Positions 1-13,028 of a stretch of 64,000 bases of DNA are shown here, piece by piece (position 1 is the stretch's first letter; every line of letters starts with the position of its first letter). Under the pieces are notes generated by a model. The model was given only the letters and a program-made list of their open reading frames with translations. It was not told where the DNA came from and made no database searches. Made by a program: the position numbers and the translations under genes. The stretch is from the NCBI GenBank assembly GCA_030390025.1, contig CM059438.1:65722001-65786000 (forward strand). The letters run 5' to 3'. This DNA comes from Squalus acanthias (lineage: Eukaryota).

Positions 1-273
1 CGTAAAAGATCCCATGGCATTATTTCGAAGATGAGCAATGGAGTTTTCTTGCTACCTTGGCCAACATTTATACCTCAACCAACATCACTAAAATAAAAAC
101 AGATTATCTGATCATGTATCTTATTGCTATTTGTGGGACCTTGCTGAACATACATTTACTGCTGCTTTTCCTACAATACAACAGTGACTACACTTCAAAA
201 AGTACTTAATTGGCCGTAAAGAGTTTTGGGACGTCCTGAGGTCATGAAAGGCCCTATATAAATGTAAATTCTT
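1..273 (+). mobile_element. Deu-domain SINE (SacSINE1/AmnSINE-like), 3' part
   Basis: GTAAAAGATCCCATGGCA...TTTGTGGGACCTTGCTG...CAGTGACTACACTTCAAAA...CTATATAAATG; homologous to the copies at 17927 and 36214. Confidence 0.85.
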
Positions 274-2099
274 TCCTGTGTGTGTGTATAAAGTGTTATT
301 GGTGACATGTCTGCTGTTTTTCGGTGTTAATACCCCCGGAATTTTATTTAGAATAAAAGTCCGTGGAAGTGCCATCAAAGTTTAGGCGTTTACTGTGGTG
401 CCGCAGACCTTCTCCTACACATACCTTATGCAGTTGGTGACTTTTCTTGATATAACTCAGCTGACCTATCTTGCTTGGGCAGCATTGTGGACCCACTCTA
501 TCTTTGGTGGACCTGCCCTCAGAACCAGGTCCTCTGTGGATCCAAGAGACCTGCAGGTGACTGGTGGCAGACGTTCAGTATAAAAACGGGTGAGTAGCAC
601 AAGGGCTGTTGCTTCTTGGCATCATCTCCCGAGACCTGGACTACACCAAGCCACAATGTAAAATGTGTGTTCTCGACTCAACCTTGATGCGATTGAGCTG
701 AATGCCAAGTGTTAAGCTGTGAAAACACCTCCCGCAATTGGGCAGATTAAATGCACGTATATAAAGGATTAAAAAAACGATGTATTACACTGTGAATCTT
801 GCTGCACAGTTGAGTCATCGCCTGCAATGAGGAAATATGCACCGTAGCAGATAAAACATCTTCATCAATGAAGCACAGCTGCCACCACCCCCTCAGTTGC
901 TGAGGCCGATTCCCCCTACACATCTATTTTGAGAGATTGTCATGATCTGTATCTCGACAGTGATGAAAGTCCTCATCACGAGGCAGTGACACTTTAGGTA
1001 TCGCATTCAGCTGGGATTATTCCAATTTGCCCGGGCATGTCATAAAGCTCAGCCACAGAGCTAGGCAAATGCAGGATAATTACATACAAATTGCAGAACT
1101 TCTGGCCAGCATTGTTATCTCAGCTCTCAAACGGAAATTTGCCTGCGGGGCTAGCTTCTGATGTCGCTGAATTCAAAAGGTCAAACAGAGAGAAAATGCA
1201 ATTTACAAAGCACTCATGGTTCTTTAAGAGGTGGAAAAATTGCAGGCACTATGAAGCACAGCAGTAAACAATTGAGCTGTGCAGAACATTTGGTTCTGCT
1301 TAATTGCATACCTGATAATTACTCAGTTATTTTCATATATTTGCATAGCCACCTTGCAATTTTCAGCAATTTGCCCCAGGCTCCGCACAGATTTTATTTT
1401 CATTATTTATTTGCTCAAGAGTCCCACAATATGCGTTTAGTTCAGCCTTAATGCGTTGAAAGATGTGTATCTGGTAACGAGGTACAAGCAAACAGCCTGC
1501 CCGTGGAACTGCTGCCAAAAGCAAGATCACAGCCATGCCCAAACTGAGAGAATCGCCTATCTCCCTCCTCCTGTTTGGTCGAGAAAATCTCAGCTCAACT
1601 TTTGCCTTTCCATTTTCTATTGAAAAGCTTATCCGAACCAAGTTGAATTTGCAGCACGGTAGACAGTGGCCAAGTTTGGAGAAGCCTGCACCTTAGGCCC
1701 TGATTTTCAGCCACCTCCATTAGTAATGTTGACACGAAAGGATATGTTTGTCTGTTTTCACAGGCTGTGACCTGACTATACAATGCACAAGCAACCCCCT
1801 TCTGAATCTGTTCGTTAAAAAAACATGACGACTAGTTTCTGCAGAAGTGGAGATTTACTTAGCATTGCATCTCTGTCAGTCAGAGTATTGCTGTGGCATG
1901 TTGTTACAGTTCTTTGTGGCTATTTGAGGTACAGATCTCCTTTCTTGCTATATTTATCAGTTCAAGAATGTTTAGCACAAAACATCATACTGAACTACAG
2001 AGTGAGAATATATATTTTAATTTCTTTTTATACTGGGAAGGTTGAATTTTGTGTAGTTCAGGGTAAATGTCAGTGCTATGGAACAGAGTATGTTTAATG

Positions 2100-2308
2100 A
2101 GGAATTAATGTGCAAATGCAGCAACTTCATGAAAATTACAGGGAGGTTAAGGGTGAGATGCCGTTTTCGTGAAGCCTACGGTCAGCAACTTGTGGCGATT
2201 CGCAATTCACGGGATATCTCTTCCTCACCGCCAGTTACTGGCCAATTTGCACATTAATAATGGTGAGAGTCGTTCAGACGCCGTTATCTTTTCAGCAAAG
2301 TCTGCCCC
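2100..2308. mobile_element. Degenerate MITE-like element with internal inverted repeat
   Basis: ATTAATGTGCAAAT (2104-2117) and ATTTGCACATTAAT (2245-2258) form a perfect inverted repeat; a homologous copy lies at 9660-9883. Confidence 0.6.
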
Positions 2309-2822
2309 ATTATGTTTGTGAAGGTGAGCCTTCCAGTCCGAGATAGCATTCTTCAGCTCCTCTTGTGTATTCTACTGCATTGCGTGAGGGAATCACGAGT
2401 TAGAGGGGCCACATTCTCCTAAGTGGGGAACAGTGAGCTGGACTAGGTACGGTTCCGCTTGGTTTTCAGTTTTATCCACCCTCCCCAAATTGAGCTCAGC
2501 GTAATCCTAACCAGGGCCATTGAACTTGTCAATCCAAAAATGTGCCGTACTTTCTTAGTGTAAGGCTAAGGGGGGAGGGGAGGTAGATAAAGTACAGCCT
2601 CAAGATTTGTCGGTGAGTGTGGAATTTTTTGCAAATACAATTTAACTATTTACATCCTTCAATAAATCAAATTTTTTTTGAGCTGCAATTCTACATAAGC
2701 ACATGTGAAGCATTTCTTTATAAGCCGTCAGCGATAACTTTGGGTTTACACCCATTGGCACACTTTGGCAAAACACACCATCTAACAAACATTATCAATT
2801 CCAGAATTGAAAGTTTCCATTG

Positions 2823-5281
2823 ATTTTCTCCCCTCCCCTGAAATGTTGATTCCTTGCTAGGGTGCGATTTCACAGACACTGGTGGCCCACCTTATTACCC
2901 ATTTAAAAAAAATGTTAAATTAGTTTTATGCGGTGTGGGCGTCGCTGGCAAGGCCAGCATTTATTTCCCATCCCTAATTGCCCTTGAGAAGGTGATGGTG
3001 AGCCGCCTTCTTGAACCGCTGCAGTCCGTGTGGTGAAGGTACTCCCACAGTGCTGTTAGGGAGGGATTCCCAGGATGTTGACCCAGCGATGATGAAGGAT
3101 TTGCGATATATTTCTAAGTCAGGATAGTGTATGACTTGGAGGGGAACTTGGAGGTGGTGGTGTTCCCATGCGCCTGCTGCCCTTGTCCTTCTAGGTGGAA
3201 GAGGTCGCGGGTTTGGGAGGTGCTGCCGAAGAAGCCTTGGCAAGTTGATGCAGTGCATCTTGTAGATGGTACACACTGCAGCCACGGTACACCGGTGGTG
3301 GAGGGAGTGAATGCTTAAGGTGGTGGATGGAGTGCCAATCAAGCAGGCTGCTTTGTCCTGGATGGTGTCGAGCTTCTTGAGTGTTGTTGGAGCTGCACCC
3401 ATCCAGGCAAGTGGCGAGTATTCCATCACATTCCTTACTTGTGCCTTGTAGATGGTGGAAAGGCTTTGGGGAGTCAGGAGGTGAGACACTTGCCGCAGAA
3501 TACCTAGCCTCTGACCTGCTCTTGTTGCCAAAGTATTTATGTGGCTGATCCAGTTAAGTTTCTGGTTAATGGTGACCCCAGGATGTTGTTGGTGGGGGAT
3601 TCGGCGATGGTAATGCCGTTGAATATCAAGGGGAGGTGGTTAGACTCTTGGTTGTTGGAGATAGTCATTGCCTGGCACTTCTGTGGCGCGAATGTTACCT
3701 GCCACTTATCAGCCCAAGCCTGAACGTTGTCCAGGTCTTGTTGCATGCAGGCATGGACTGCTTCATTATCTGCGGAGTTGTGAATGGTGCTGAACACTGT
3801 GCAGTCATCAGCGAACATCTCCATTTCTGACCTTATGTTGGAGGGAAGGTCATTGATGAAGCAGCTGAAGATGGTTGGGCCTAGGACACTGCCCTGAGGA
3901 ACTCCTGCAGTGATGTCCTGGGGCTGTGATGATTGACCTTCAACCACCACAACCATCTTCCTTTGTGCTAGGTATGACTCCAGCCAGTGGAGCGTTTTCC
4001 CCCCGATTACCATTGACTTCAGTTTTATGAGGGCTCCTTGATGCCACACTCGGTCAAATGCTGCCTTGATGTCAAGGGCAGTTACTCTCACCTCACCTCT
4101 GGAATTCAGCTCCTTTGTCTATGTTTGTACCAAGGCTGTAATGAGGTCAGGAGCCGAGTGGTCTTGGCGGAACCCAAACTGGGCATCAGTGAGCAGGTTA
4201 TTTGTGAGTAAGTGCCACTTGATAGCACTTTCGATGACAACTTCCATCACTTTGCTGATGATTGAGAGTAGACTGATGAGGCGGTAATTGGCCGGGTTGG
4301 ATTTGTCCTGCTTTTTGTGGACAGGACTTACCTGGGCAGTTTTCCACATTGTCGGATAGATGCCAGTGTTGTAGCTGTACTGGAACAGCTTGGCTAGAGG
4401 CGTGGTTAGTTCTGGAGCACAAGTCCTCAGCACGATAGCCGGGATATTGTCGGGGCCCATAACCTTTGCTGTATCCAGTGCGCTCAGCCATTTCTTGATA
4501 TCACGTGGAGTGAATCGAATTGGCTGAAGACTGGCTTCTGTGATGGTGGGGACCTCAGGAGTAGGCCGATATGGATCATCCACTCGGCACTTCTGCTGAA
4601 GATGGTTGCAAACGCTTCAGCCTTGTCTTTTGCACTCACGTGCTGGGCTCCACCATCATTGAGGATGGGGATATTCATGGAGCCTCCTACTCCCGTTAGT
4701 TGTTTAATGGTCCACCACCATTCACGACTGGATGTGGCAGGACTGCAGAGCTTTGATCTGATCCGTTAATTGTGTGATCGCTTAGCCCTGTCTATAGCAT
4801 GCTGCTTCTGCTTTATAGCATGCATGTAGTCCTGTGTTGCAGCTTCCCTAGGTTGGCACCTCATTTTTAGGTACGCCTGGTGCTGCTCCTGGCATGCTCT
4901 TCTACACTCCTTATTGAACCAGGGTTGGTCCCCTGGCTTGATGGTAACGGTAGAGTGAGGGATATGCCAGGCCATTCCTCATAGATGTAACCATTCTTCA
5001 TGGGTGGGTCCATACTGAGGGCAGCAGCAGGCTGCTCAACTGGGAAGGGGCATCATGCACGAGTCTGATCCTGCCCTCGCAGCAGGCTTCTGCTATATCG
5101 CGGTCAAGGGGCAGGGATTTTAGCAGCTTTATCCTGCCTCTTTAACCTAAAGGGGCCTCAGCCGATGGTGAGGGGATCCTACCACTTAGAGCAGCTAACG
5201 CAGCACAGATCGAGGGTAAAGCCTGTGACTCTCCCGGTCTATCTGGCTCGGTTTTACATTGTTTTAACCAAGCGAGCCATT
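2823..5281 (-). mobile_element. Old tRNA-type SINE-like repeat ('family B') split by a LINE: tail ~2823-2900, body/head ~4976-5281
   Basis: Both halves match the + strand copy at 28013-28850 (tail ...CAGGGGAGGGGAGAAAA; head ...GCTCGC...GTGCTGCGTTAGCTG). Confidence 0.55.
2915..4975 (-). mobile_element. 5'-truncated CR1-group (CR1/L2/Crack-like) LINE; frameshifted ORF2 reverse transcriptase
   Basis: ORFs 4119-4583, 3537-4091 and 2974-3531 carry NYRLISLLS, QFGFR, LDIKAAFDRVWH, GVPQGSVLGP and MFADD motifs. Confidence 0.93.
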
Positions 5282-5807
5282 ACAAGTTAATACTTATTGG
5301 TTTAAAAAAAAGCTTACAAATCATTGTAGAACTCTGTTCGACCCTTAACTTGGTTGTTAAGTAAACAGCCTCTCTGTCCCCTGCTCTCTATGGATATTCG
5401 CTCTCGCCTCAGAGAGAAGCAGTGTTTTAAAATCATTGATGTTGCTGTTCCCTGTGGTTCCAATGACCTGCAAAGAATTATTATAGGGGGTTGGACTGAC
5501 TGTGTTGAAGGTGTTTCGGAGCTTTTTGCTGTGAGGGAGCTGATTTTGCACCAGTGCAAGAACAGTCATTAACGCCTCAGTGCTGCAACAGTCAGGTCGT
5601 TCTGACTGTTATGCGAATGAATCTCCCTGGTCCTGTGGAGCTGAATACGGCCTTTAGCCCATTTCCCCCAATTATCTTATCTTAACAGCGGTCCTCGCTC
5701 AGTGGGAAATCAGCAGCAGGACAGAGAAAAAAAATGAAGTTGATCTTTGTTTCATCCATATGTCTTTCTAGATCATTTTTAAAAACAAGATGCACTTCTT
5801 AAAGTTG

Positions 5808-6175
5808 TTGGGTACGGTAGTGCAGTGGTTCTGTTACTGGACTAGTAATCCAGAGGCCTGCACTAATAATCCAAAGAATGTGAGTTCAGATCCCACCATG
5901 GTAGTTTGAGAACTTGAATTCAGTTTAAAAAAATCTGGAAATAAAAAGCTGGTATCAGTAAAAGTGACCATGAAGCGTTCAGATTGTCGTAAAAACCCTA
6001 CTCGTTCACTAATATCCTTTAGGGTAGGAAACCTGATGTCCTTGCCCGGTCTTGTCTATACTTGACTCCAGTCCCACATCAACGTGGTTGGCGCTTATTG
6101 CCCTCTGAAGTGGCACTCAGTTGTATCAAAATTTCTCAGGGCAAGAAATGCCAGGCTTGCCAACAATGCCCACAT
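5808..6175 (+). mobile_element. tRNA-derived SINE with LINE-like tail
   Basis: A-box-like TAGTGCAGTGG and B-box-like GAGTTCAGATCCC; the tail CTCAGGGCAA...GCTTGCCAACAATGCCCACAT resembles the 3' end of the LINE at 2915. Confidence 0.75.
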
Positions 6176-6261
6176 ATATTAATATATTAAATATTGAACC
6201 ATAGGACCTGGGTTTGGATTCAGCCAAGTCTAACTAGTAGAATACCTCCTCCCTCTATGAC

Positions 6262-6860
6262 TACAACTAAAACTTGCATTTATATAGTGTCTTGAATGTA
6301 GTAAAACATCCCAAGGTTCTTCACAGGAGCGTTACTCGAGCTGCATAAGGAGATATTAGGGCAGTTCACCAAAAACTTTGTTGAAGAGGTAGGTTTTAAG
6401 GAGCATCTTAGAGGAGGAGTGGCTTAGGAAGGGAATTCCAGAGCTTAGGGCCCAGGCAGCTGAAGGCATGGCCGCCAATGGTGGAGCGATTAAAATTGGG
6501 GATGCGCAAGAGGCCAGAATTGAACAGTGCAGAGATCTTGGAGGGTTGTAGGTCTGGAGGAGTTTACAGAGATAGGGAGGGGCAAGGCCATGCAGGGATT
6601 TGAAAACAAGGATATGAATTTTACAATTGAGATGTTACCAGACCAGGAGCCAGTGTAGGTCAGCGAGCACAGTGGTGATGGCTGAATGGGACTTGAAGAT
6701 GGGAGGCTGAGCAGGACAGCATTGGAATAGTCAAGTCTAGCGTAACAAAGGCATGGATGCGGGTTTCAGCAGCAGATAAGCTGAGGCGGGGCGGAGACAG
6801 GCAATGTTACGGAGGTGGAAGTAGGCGGTCTTGGTGATGGAGCAGATATGTGGTCGGTTT
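6262..6860 (-). mobile_element. L2 LINE 3' fragment
   Basis: Encodes HICSITKTAYFHLRNIACLRP; tail CTATATAAATGCAAG on the minus strand; homologous to 55237-57085. Confidence 0.85.
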
Positions 6861-8199
6861 CTGCCAGCTTTTGTCTTGGTTTTGTGCCATGCTGGTTCTT
6901 CCAGCATCTGGCACCTGGGTCTAAGACAGCCGCAAGTTGGTAATCCCAAATTGAAACTGCCAGATTTGCTACGGGCAGTTGCCAGGAAGACCCTTTAGCA
7001 CAGCACAAAACCAGTATAAAAACAGGTAAAGAATCCTTGGTAAAATGAATCAAACTCCCAGCCAAAAATGTGAAATAATAGATACATGTATATTTACAGC
7101 ACTTTTACTCCAGGTTTTGGGATCTATCTGTGTCGCTCACCCAAGTTTATATATGGCCCTTCCCCTCAGCTCTCCTGCAGACTCATTGGGGACTTGAAGC
7201 ATAGAGGAAGCTAGGTTTCCATCTTCTCAATCAGCCTTCTCCAGCAGATCTACAGGACAGTGGACAGAATAGAGGGCCCTTCAGTTTAAAAAAAAACAAT
7301 TCCACATTGTGGCCTGCAAACAGATGCTGAGTTGACTCAGTGTGTTGCTCGTGCTCGGACAGAGGCGCAATTTAACATCAGAACGCAAGGACGCTGTCAC
7401 GCCGGAAAAGCTCAGCACATATAGGAGGTCTTTGTGGGAGACAGTGGTACCCAGGGCAGATCAGGAGACCCAGGGAAAAGAGAGAATCCATTGCCGTCAG
7501 TTGAATGGAGCCTAGTAAGGTGACCCTTCTTAGTGCTTTTGCCTACATGATGCCTGAAGTTGGGGGTTGATGGGTCAGGACTTTTAGTGCCAGTGTACAT
7601 TTTCTATTTATGTTTCCCATCCACCTTCAGCTTCACTCTACTATTTTGGATCGGTTTATACCTCCCTTTTTGTCTTTCCATTTCCTTTCCCATTGCCTGA
7701 CTGGGCTATTGTCACTCTTTTTCTCAGGCCTTTAGGCATCCTGACTAGTGTGATTCCCGTATCTCATCCAACATTTTAACTTCTTTACAGCTGTTTAAAA
7801 AACCTGGTCACGAGCGATTAAATCCATTAAAGGTAGATTTACATCAACACTTTTCAAGTTTGAATCATGGGACCACAACATCATGCATTGGCTCCTCACA
7901 CTTACACTGCAGAAACAAGCTCCCTTATTCCAGTGGCAGAATTGTTCACCCACTTTTTCATGTGTCTATGATTCTTCCAGTGGGATCAGAGAGCAGGCTT
8001 TAACATTAAATGCAAGGAGCCGTCACTGTCCTATCATCTGATCTAAACAAATGGCAATGTTCCTTAACTACTTCTTTGGGTTTAGAGTCAGCATACCTGC
8101 TTCTTGACTTTTAACTGCTGTTCTCTTCCTCATCTCCCAAATTGATTTTGTTGAGTCCTCTAAAGGGGTTAGCTGCTCATTCAGATTCTAGCTCTGTAA

Positions 8200-8292
8200 C
8201 AAGATCTGTGTCTGAAACATTGAAAGTATGTTTACTCTCTCTATCGATGCTGATGGACCAGCTGCATTTTCCAGCATTTTTTGATTTTCTAA
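8200..8292 (+). mobile_element. Degenerate PLE terminal-repeat (pLTR) remnant
   Basis: CTCTCT...GATGCTG...TTTCCAGCATTTT matches the pLTR at 13030-13095. Confidence 0.5.
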
Positions 8293-8296
8293 TATT

Positions 8297-8890
8297 AGAA
8301 AGAAGCAATTTAAATTTATAAAGCATCTTTCACATCCTCATGTCCTAAAAGCACTTCACAGTCATTGGGTTACTTTTGAAGGGGCGATTTTAACCCTACT
8401 CGCTCAGCCATCATGATCCCAACATCTGCAATTTTAACCTGTTCTCCTGAGCAGGCAGCAAGGACACGCATCTAGAACCAACAGGGACCTTCTTTACATA
8501 GGCATGTTACGGCCAATGACATCATTGGGAACTGACTGTAATTTTAACTCAGGCCTGAGCGGGAAATCCACCGGGAGTTAAAAATCGAGGCTGAGACTAT
8601 TGTTAAGCTGGAAAATGCAGCGAGGTCCCACAAACGGCAGTAAGGTAAATAACCAGTTGATCTGTTTTGGAGGTGTTACCTGAGAGATAAATATTGGCTG
8701 GGCCCCTGGAGAACTTAATAATCTTCTTCAAATAGTGCCATGCGATCTTTTACATCCACCTGAACAGGCAGAAGGGGCCTTGGTTTAACAACTCATCTGA
8801 AAGATGGCACATCTGGCAGTGCAGTACTCCCTCAGCACTGCACTGGAGTGTGAGCCTAGATTATGTGCTCAAGTCCTTGAGTAAGGCTTC
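8297..8890 (-). mobile_element. Deu-domain SINE interrupted by a MITE
   Basis: SINE tail at 8297-8380 resumes at ~8593 and runs to the head at ~8890. Confidence 0.8.
8381..8592. mobile_element. Degenerate Harbinger-type MITE
   Basis: GGGGCGATTTTAACCC ... GGGAGTTAAAAATCG imperfect terminal inverted repeats (TIRs); interrupts a SINE. Confidence 0.6.
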
Positions 8891-8891
8891 A

Positions 8892-9320
8892 AAAAAGAAA
8901 GACTTGCATTTTTAAAGCGCCTTTTACTTTTGAAGTGTAGTCACTGTTGTAATGTGGGAACCACAGCAACCAATTGCACACAGCAAGCTCTCACAAACAG
9001 TAATGAGATAATGATCAGATAATCTATTTTTTTTTGTTATGTTGATTGAGAGATAAATATTGGCCAGGACACTGGGGATAACTCCCCTGCTCTTCTTCGA
9101 AATAGTGCCGTGGGATTTTTACGTCCACCTGAGAGAGCAGACAGGGCCTCGGTTTAACATCTCATCTGAAAGATGGCACCCCCGACAGTGCTGCACTCCC
9201 TCAGCTCTGCACTGGAGTGTCAGCCTAGATTTTTGTGCTCAAGTTTCTGGAGTGGGACTTTGAACCCAGAACCTCTCACCCAGAGGTGAGAATTCAATCA
9301 CTGAGACAAGTTGACACTTG
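8892..9320 (-). mobile_element. Deu-domain SINE, near full length
   Basis: Reverse complement of the family from tail to tRNA-like head (GGGTTCAAAGTCCCACTCCAG). Confidence 0.88.
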
Positions 9321-9659
9321 ATTATTCTGTATTTCAGTTTGTATCTTCACACATTCCCATACAAATGAAGGACATTGCACAATGGCAACATTGCTTCTCT
9401 TTAAAAACAGTGTTAAGTTGAACAAGTTCACTTTTTGCCTGTCGTACCTTACTTGCTAAATATTGGCCCAGAATTTGAGTGATGGGGCCATTCTCTAAGA
9501 ACAATTTGCAACCTGCAGGGATGAGGCCCCACAGTTCAATTGTTCCCATTCTGGGCCGGAGAGGTTAAGTGGCATTGAAGGAACATAAATCTCCTCATTA
9601 AAAGCATCCTTATGCTGTTAAGTGCCAGATCTAATTTTCTGTGGTGAGTTTATATCGTA

Positions 9660-9883
9660 ACTAATGTGCAAAAGCAGCAATTTCTTGAAACTCATGGGGA
9701 GGTTGATGGTGAGATGCCGTTTTCGTGATGCTAACAGAGGCGGAGCAGCACAAATCGTCCAGCAGTTTGTGCGATTCGCAACTCATGGGATATCTCTTCA
9801 TCGTCACGAGTTACTGGACGATTTACATATTAATAATGGTATGTGCATTAACTCGCCGTTATTTTGCCAGCAAATTCTGGACC
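9660..9883. mobile_element. MITE-like element homologous to 2100-2308
   Basis: Shares GGTGAGATGCCGTTTTCGTGA, GCGATTCGCAA and GGGATATCTCTTC; ends CAAATTCTGGACC, and a possible left TIR GGCCCAGAATTTG lies at 9465. Confidence 0.6.
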
Positions 9884-11259
9884 AATATAGCTGATATATC
9901 ACATGAAAGTGTGTTTTAACTGGCAGTACCGGATCTATGATTTACAATGCTCAATTTCTTATTAAATAACGAGAGGGCTTGAGAACTATTCCAAGTGCGT
10001 TCCTATCCACATAAGGTGTTTAGTTTGCGGCAATTGTATTACAACATGTCAAAGTACAGGAAGTGACAATGCGATGAATTATCAAAACAGTAAAAGCTAT
10101 GTAAACAATCACTGACCCATCATTTCAGTGGGATCAGGAAATTGCTTTCAGTTCCACAAAAATTGTTCCCAAAAGCTTTTTTAAAAATTGTAAAACCCTT
10201 TATTAATTGAATCCCAGGTCAATAATTCAGTTTGCTCAGCGAATGTAAGAAGTTTAGAAGTGCTTTTTGTATCATTACACATTATTCCCAATTTTCCGTT
10301 ATAAGATTAGGCATTACATTTTCACAAATGTCATTTTTGCAGATGTTGGCTGACAGGAAACCTGCTTGAGCTCTGCAACATGAGAGAAAAATCAGTACTC
10401 AACGCATTAAAGTAACTTTAAACCCATTATGTTACCATGGCGACCACAATGGAGAAACAAGCAGCAGTTTGGGCACACCGTTAACCCCACTACCTATTAT
10501 TTCTGAAGCTGAAAGAACATACTAAAAGCTTGAATCATTTCTTTGTAGATGCCCACAACAAAATATCTTGGACTGAAACAAAACAATGTCAGTGTTCAAT
10601 GTGAGGAGGAGGGGTGCACCCCAATTCTGCTGACATCTTTATTTACAGATGTGCCTGCAGTGTTCACATCTCCTTCACACATTTCTAAATCGTTTGAGAA
10701 ACAATTATGCCAAAGCTTGGTGCAACTCTGCTGTTACCCTTTTATAATACTTCAGGTGAGCGGAAGAGTTATTAGCACTTAAGGCAAAGCTCCTCGTTTA
10801 GACCAGGAACACAGGAAATGCTTCCTGCCAAACCTCAGCATTATCGCAGGATAATTAGGGATAAGGAAGGCCGTTCGTCCCATCTTAATTTAGCCATCCA
10901 GAAAGATCCTAAAATCCCTCCATTTCAGCATGCAATTGTTCCTGAAATTATTCCAGGATTTTTGCCTCGATGACTCTTGTCTTCATCTGTTCCATCCATT
11001 GATCATTCTTGGTGTCAAGAAGAATTTCCTAATATCAGTGCTAAATTTACCTTTTACTAGTTTGAACCTGTTTCTCATTGTTCCACTCCTGCAATTTAAC
11101 TTAAACTAATATCCCAGGTTTAATTTTTATATTCCCTTAATAATCTCGAGAAGGTCACTGCTTCTTCCTTGAACGGAGACCCAACCAGTCCCCATCCACC
11201 ACCACCGTCCTCCAGCAGCCTGGACTTGTTCTCACATTTAACAACCTCTCCTTTGACTA

Positions 11260-11521
11260 ATACAAAAGCAAAATACTGCGGATGCTGGAAATCTGAAATA
11301 AAAACAGAAAATGCTGGAAATACTCAGCACATATTTGGTATTCCCTTTTGTTCTTTTGTCCCCTCTCCCCTTTCCCTGCCTCTGCATTGGTTTAAAACTT
11401 GTTACATCTCTAACTTTTTCCAGATCTGATGAAAGGTCATCAACCTGAAGCGTTAACTTGGTTTCTCTCTCCACAGATGCTGCCTCGCCTGCTGAGTATT
11501 TCCAGCATTTTCTGTCTTTAT
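11260..11521. mobile_element. Non-coding pLTR-only insert with inverted ends, nested in the PLE RT
   Basis: 13-bp TSD TCTCCTTTGACTA at 11247-11259 and 11522-11534; inverted ACAGAAAATGCTGGAAATACTCAGCA / TGCTGAGTATTTCCAGCATTTTCTGT; mutated hammerhead at 11422-11458. Confidence 0.85.
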
Positions 11522-12991
11522 TCTCCTTTGACTACACTCACTTCCTCCAAATAAAATCTGTTGCTATGGGAACCAATATAGGTCCTAGCTATGACTGCCT
11601 TTTTGTGGGATATGTGGAACATTCTTTGGTCCAGTCCGACTCAGGTCCCCTCCCTCGCTTCTTTTTCCAGTACTGTATCGGTGCCGTTTCCTGCTCTCGC
11701 CCCGAACTGGAAAATTTCATCAACTTTGCTTCCAATTTCCACCCTTCCCTCACCTTCACATGGGGCCATCTCCGACTCTTTCCTTCCCTTCCTTGATTTC
11801 TCTATATCCATTTCTAGGAATCGGCTGTCGACCAATATCTTCTATAAGCCCACTGGCTCCCACAGCTACCTTGACTACACTTCCTCACACCCCACTTCCT
11901 GTAAGGACTCTATTCTATGCTCCCAGTTTCTCTGATTCCATCGAATCTGTTCAGTTGATGCCACCTTCCATACCAGTGCCTCCAATATGTCTTCCTTTTT
12001 CCTCAACTGAGGATTCCCTTTCAATATGGTTGACAGGGCCTTCGACCGTGTCCGTCCCATTTCCTGCACTTCTGCTCTCACCCTTTCACCTGCCTCCCAG
12101 AACCAGGATAAGGGTCCCCTTGTCCTTACCTTCCACCCCACCAGCCTCCACATTCAACGAATCATCCTCAGCCATTTCCGCCACCTCCAGTGTGATCCCA
12201 CCACCAAACACATCTCCCCCCCCCTCCCCCTTCAGCATTCTGAAGGGAACATTCACTCTGCGACAGCCTGTTCCACTGTTTAATCACCTCCAACACCCAC
12301 TCCCCTTCCCACGGCAACTTCCCATTCAAGCGCAGGAGATGCAACACCTGCCCTTTTACCTCTTCCCTTCCCACTGTCCAGGGCACCAAACACTCCTTCC
12401 AGGTGAAACAGCGATTTACTTGTACTTCTTTCAATTTAGTATACTGTAATCCCTGCTCACGGTGCAGTCTCCTCTACATTGGGAAGACCAAACGTAGATT
12501 GGGCGATCACTTTGCGGAACACCTCCATTCAGTCCACAAGCATGACCCTGAGCTTTCGGTCACTTGTCATTTTAATTCTCCGCCCCAACCCCACTCTGAC
12601 CTCTTTGTCCTTAGTGTCTTATACTGTTCTAATGAAGCTCAATGGAAGCTCAAGGAACAGCATCTCATCCTTCTATTAGGCATTTTACAGCCTTCCGGAC
12701 TCACCATTGAATTCAACAATTTCTGATCATAACCTTTGTCCCCATTTTTTTCGGACAGCAGCTGTTGGTAATGATTCTGCTATTCCCATTTACACCTCCT
12801 CTTGACCCATCTTTTGCTTCTTTACTTGCCCCATTACCATCTCCTTTTGCCTTGCACCATCATCCCTTTTGTCATTTAATCTCTCCTGCCTTCCACCCTC
12901 TCACAGACTTTCCCTTTTGTTCTTTCCTCCCCTCCCCCCTTTCCCTGCCTCTGTACTTGCTTAAAACCTGTTACATCTCTTAACTTTTTCC

Positions 12992-13028
12992 AGTTCTGAT
13001 GAAAGCTCATTGACCTGAAATGTTAACT
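12992..13028 (+). ncRNA. Minimal hammerhead ribozyme motif in pLTR (mutated)
   Basis: AGTT-CTGATGA-A-AGCTC-ATT-GACCT-GAAA-TGTT-AACT; one stem II mismatch and an altered stem III. Confidence 0.6.

Noticed and set aside
1363..1783. Short ORFs as host exons
   Set aside because: No recognisable domain and no convincing splice-site pair.
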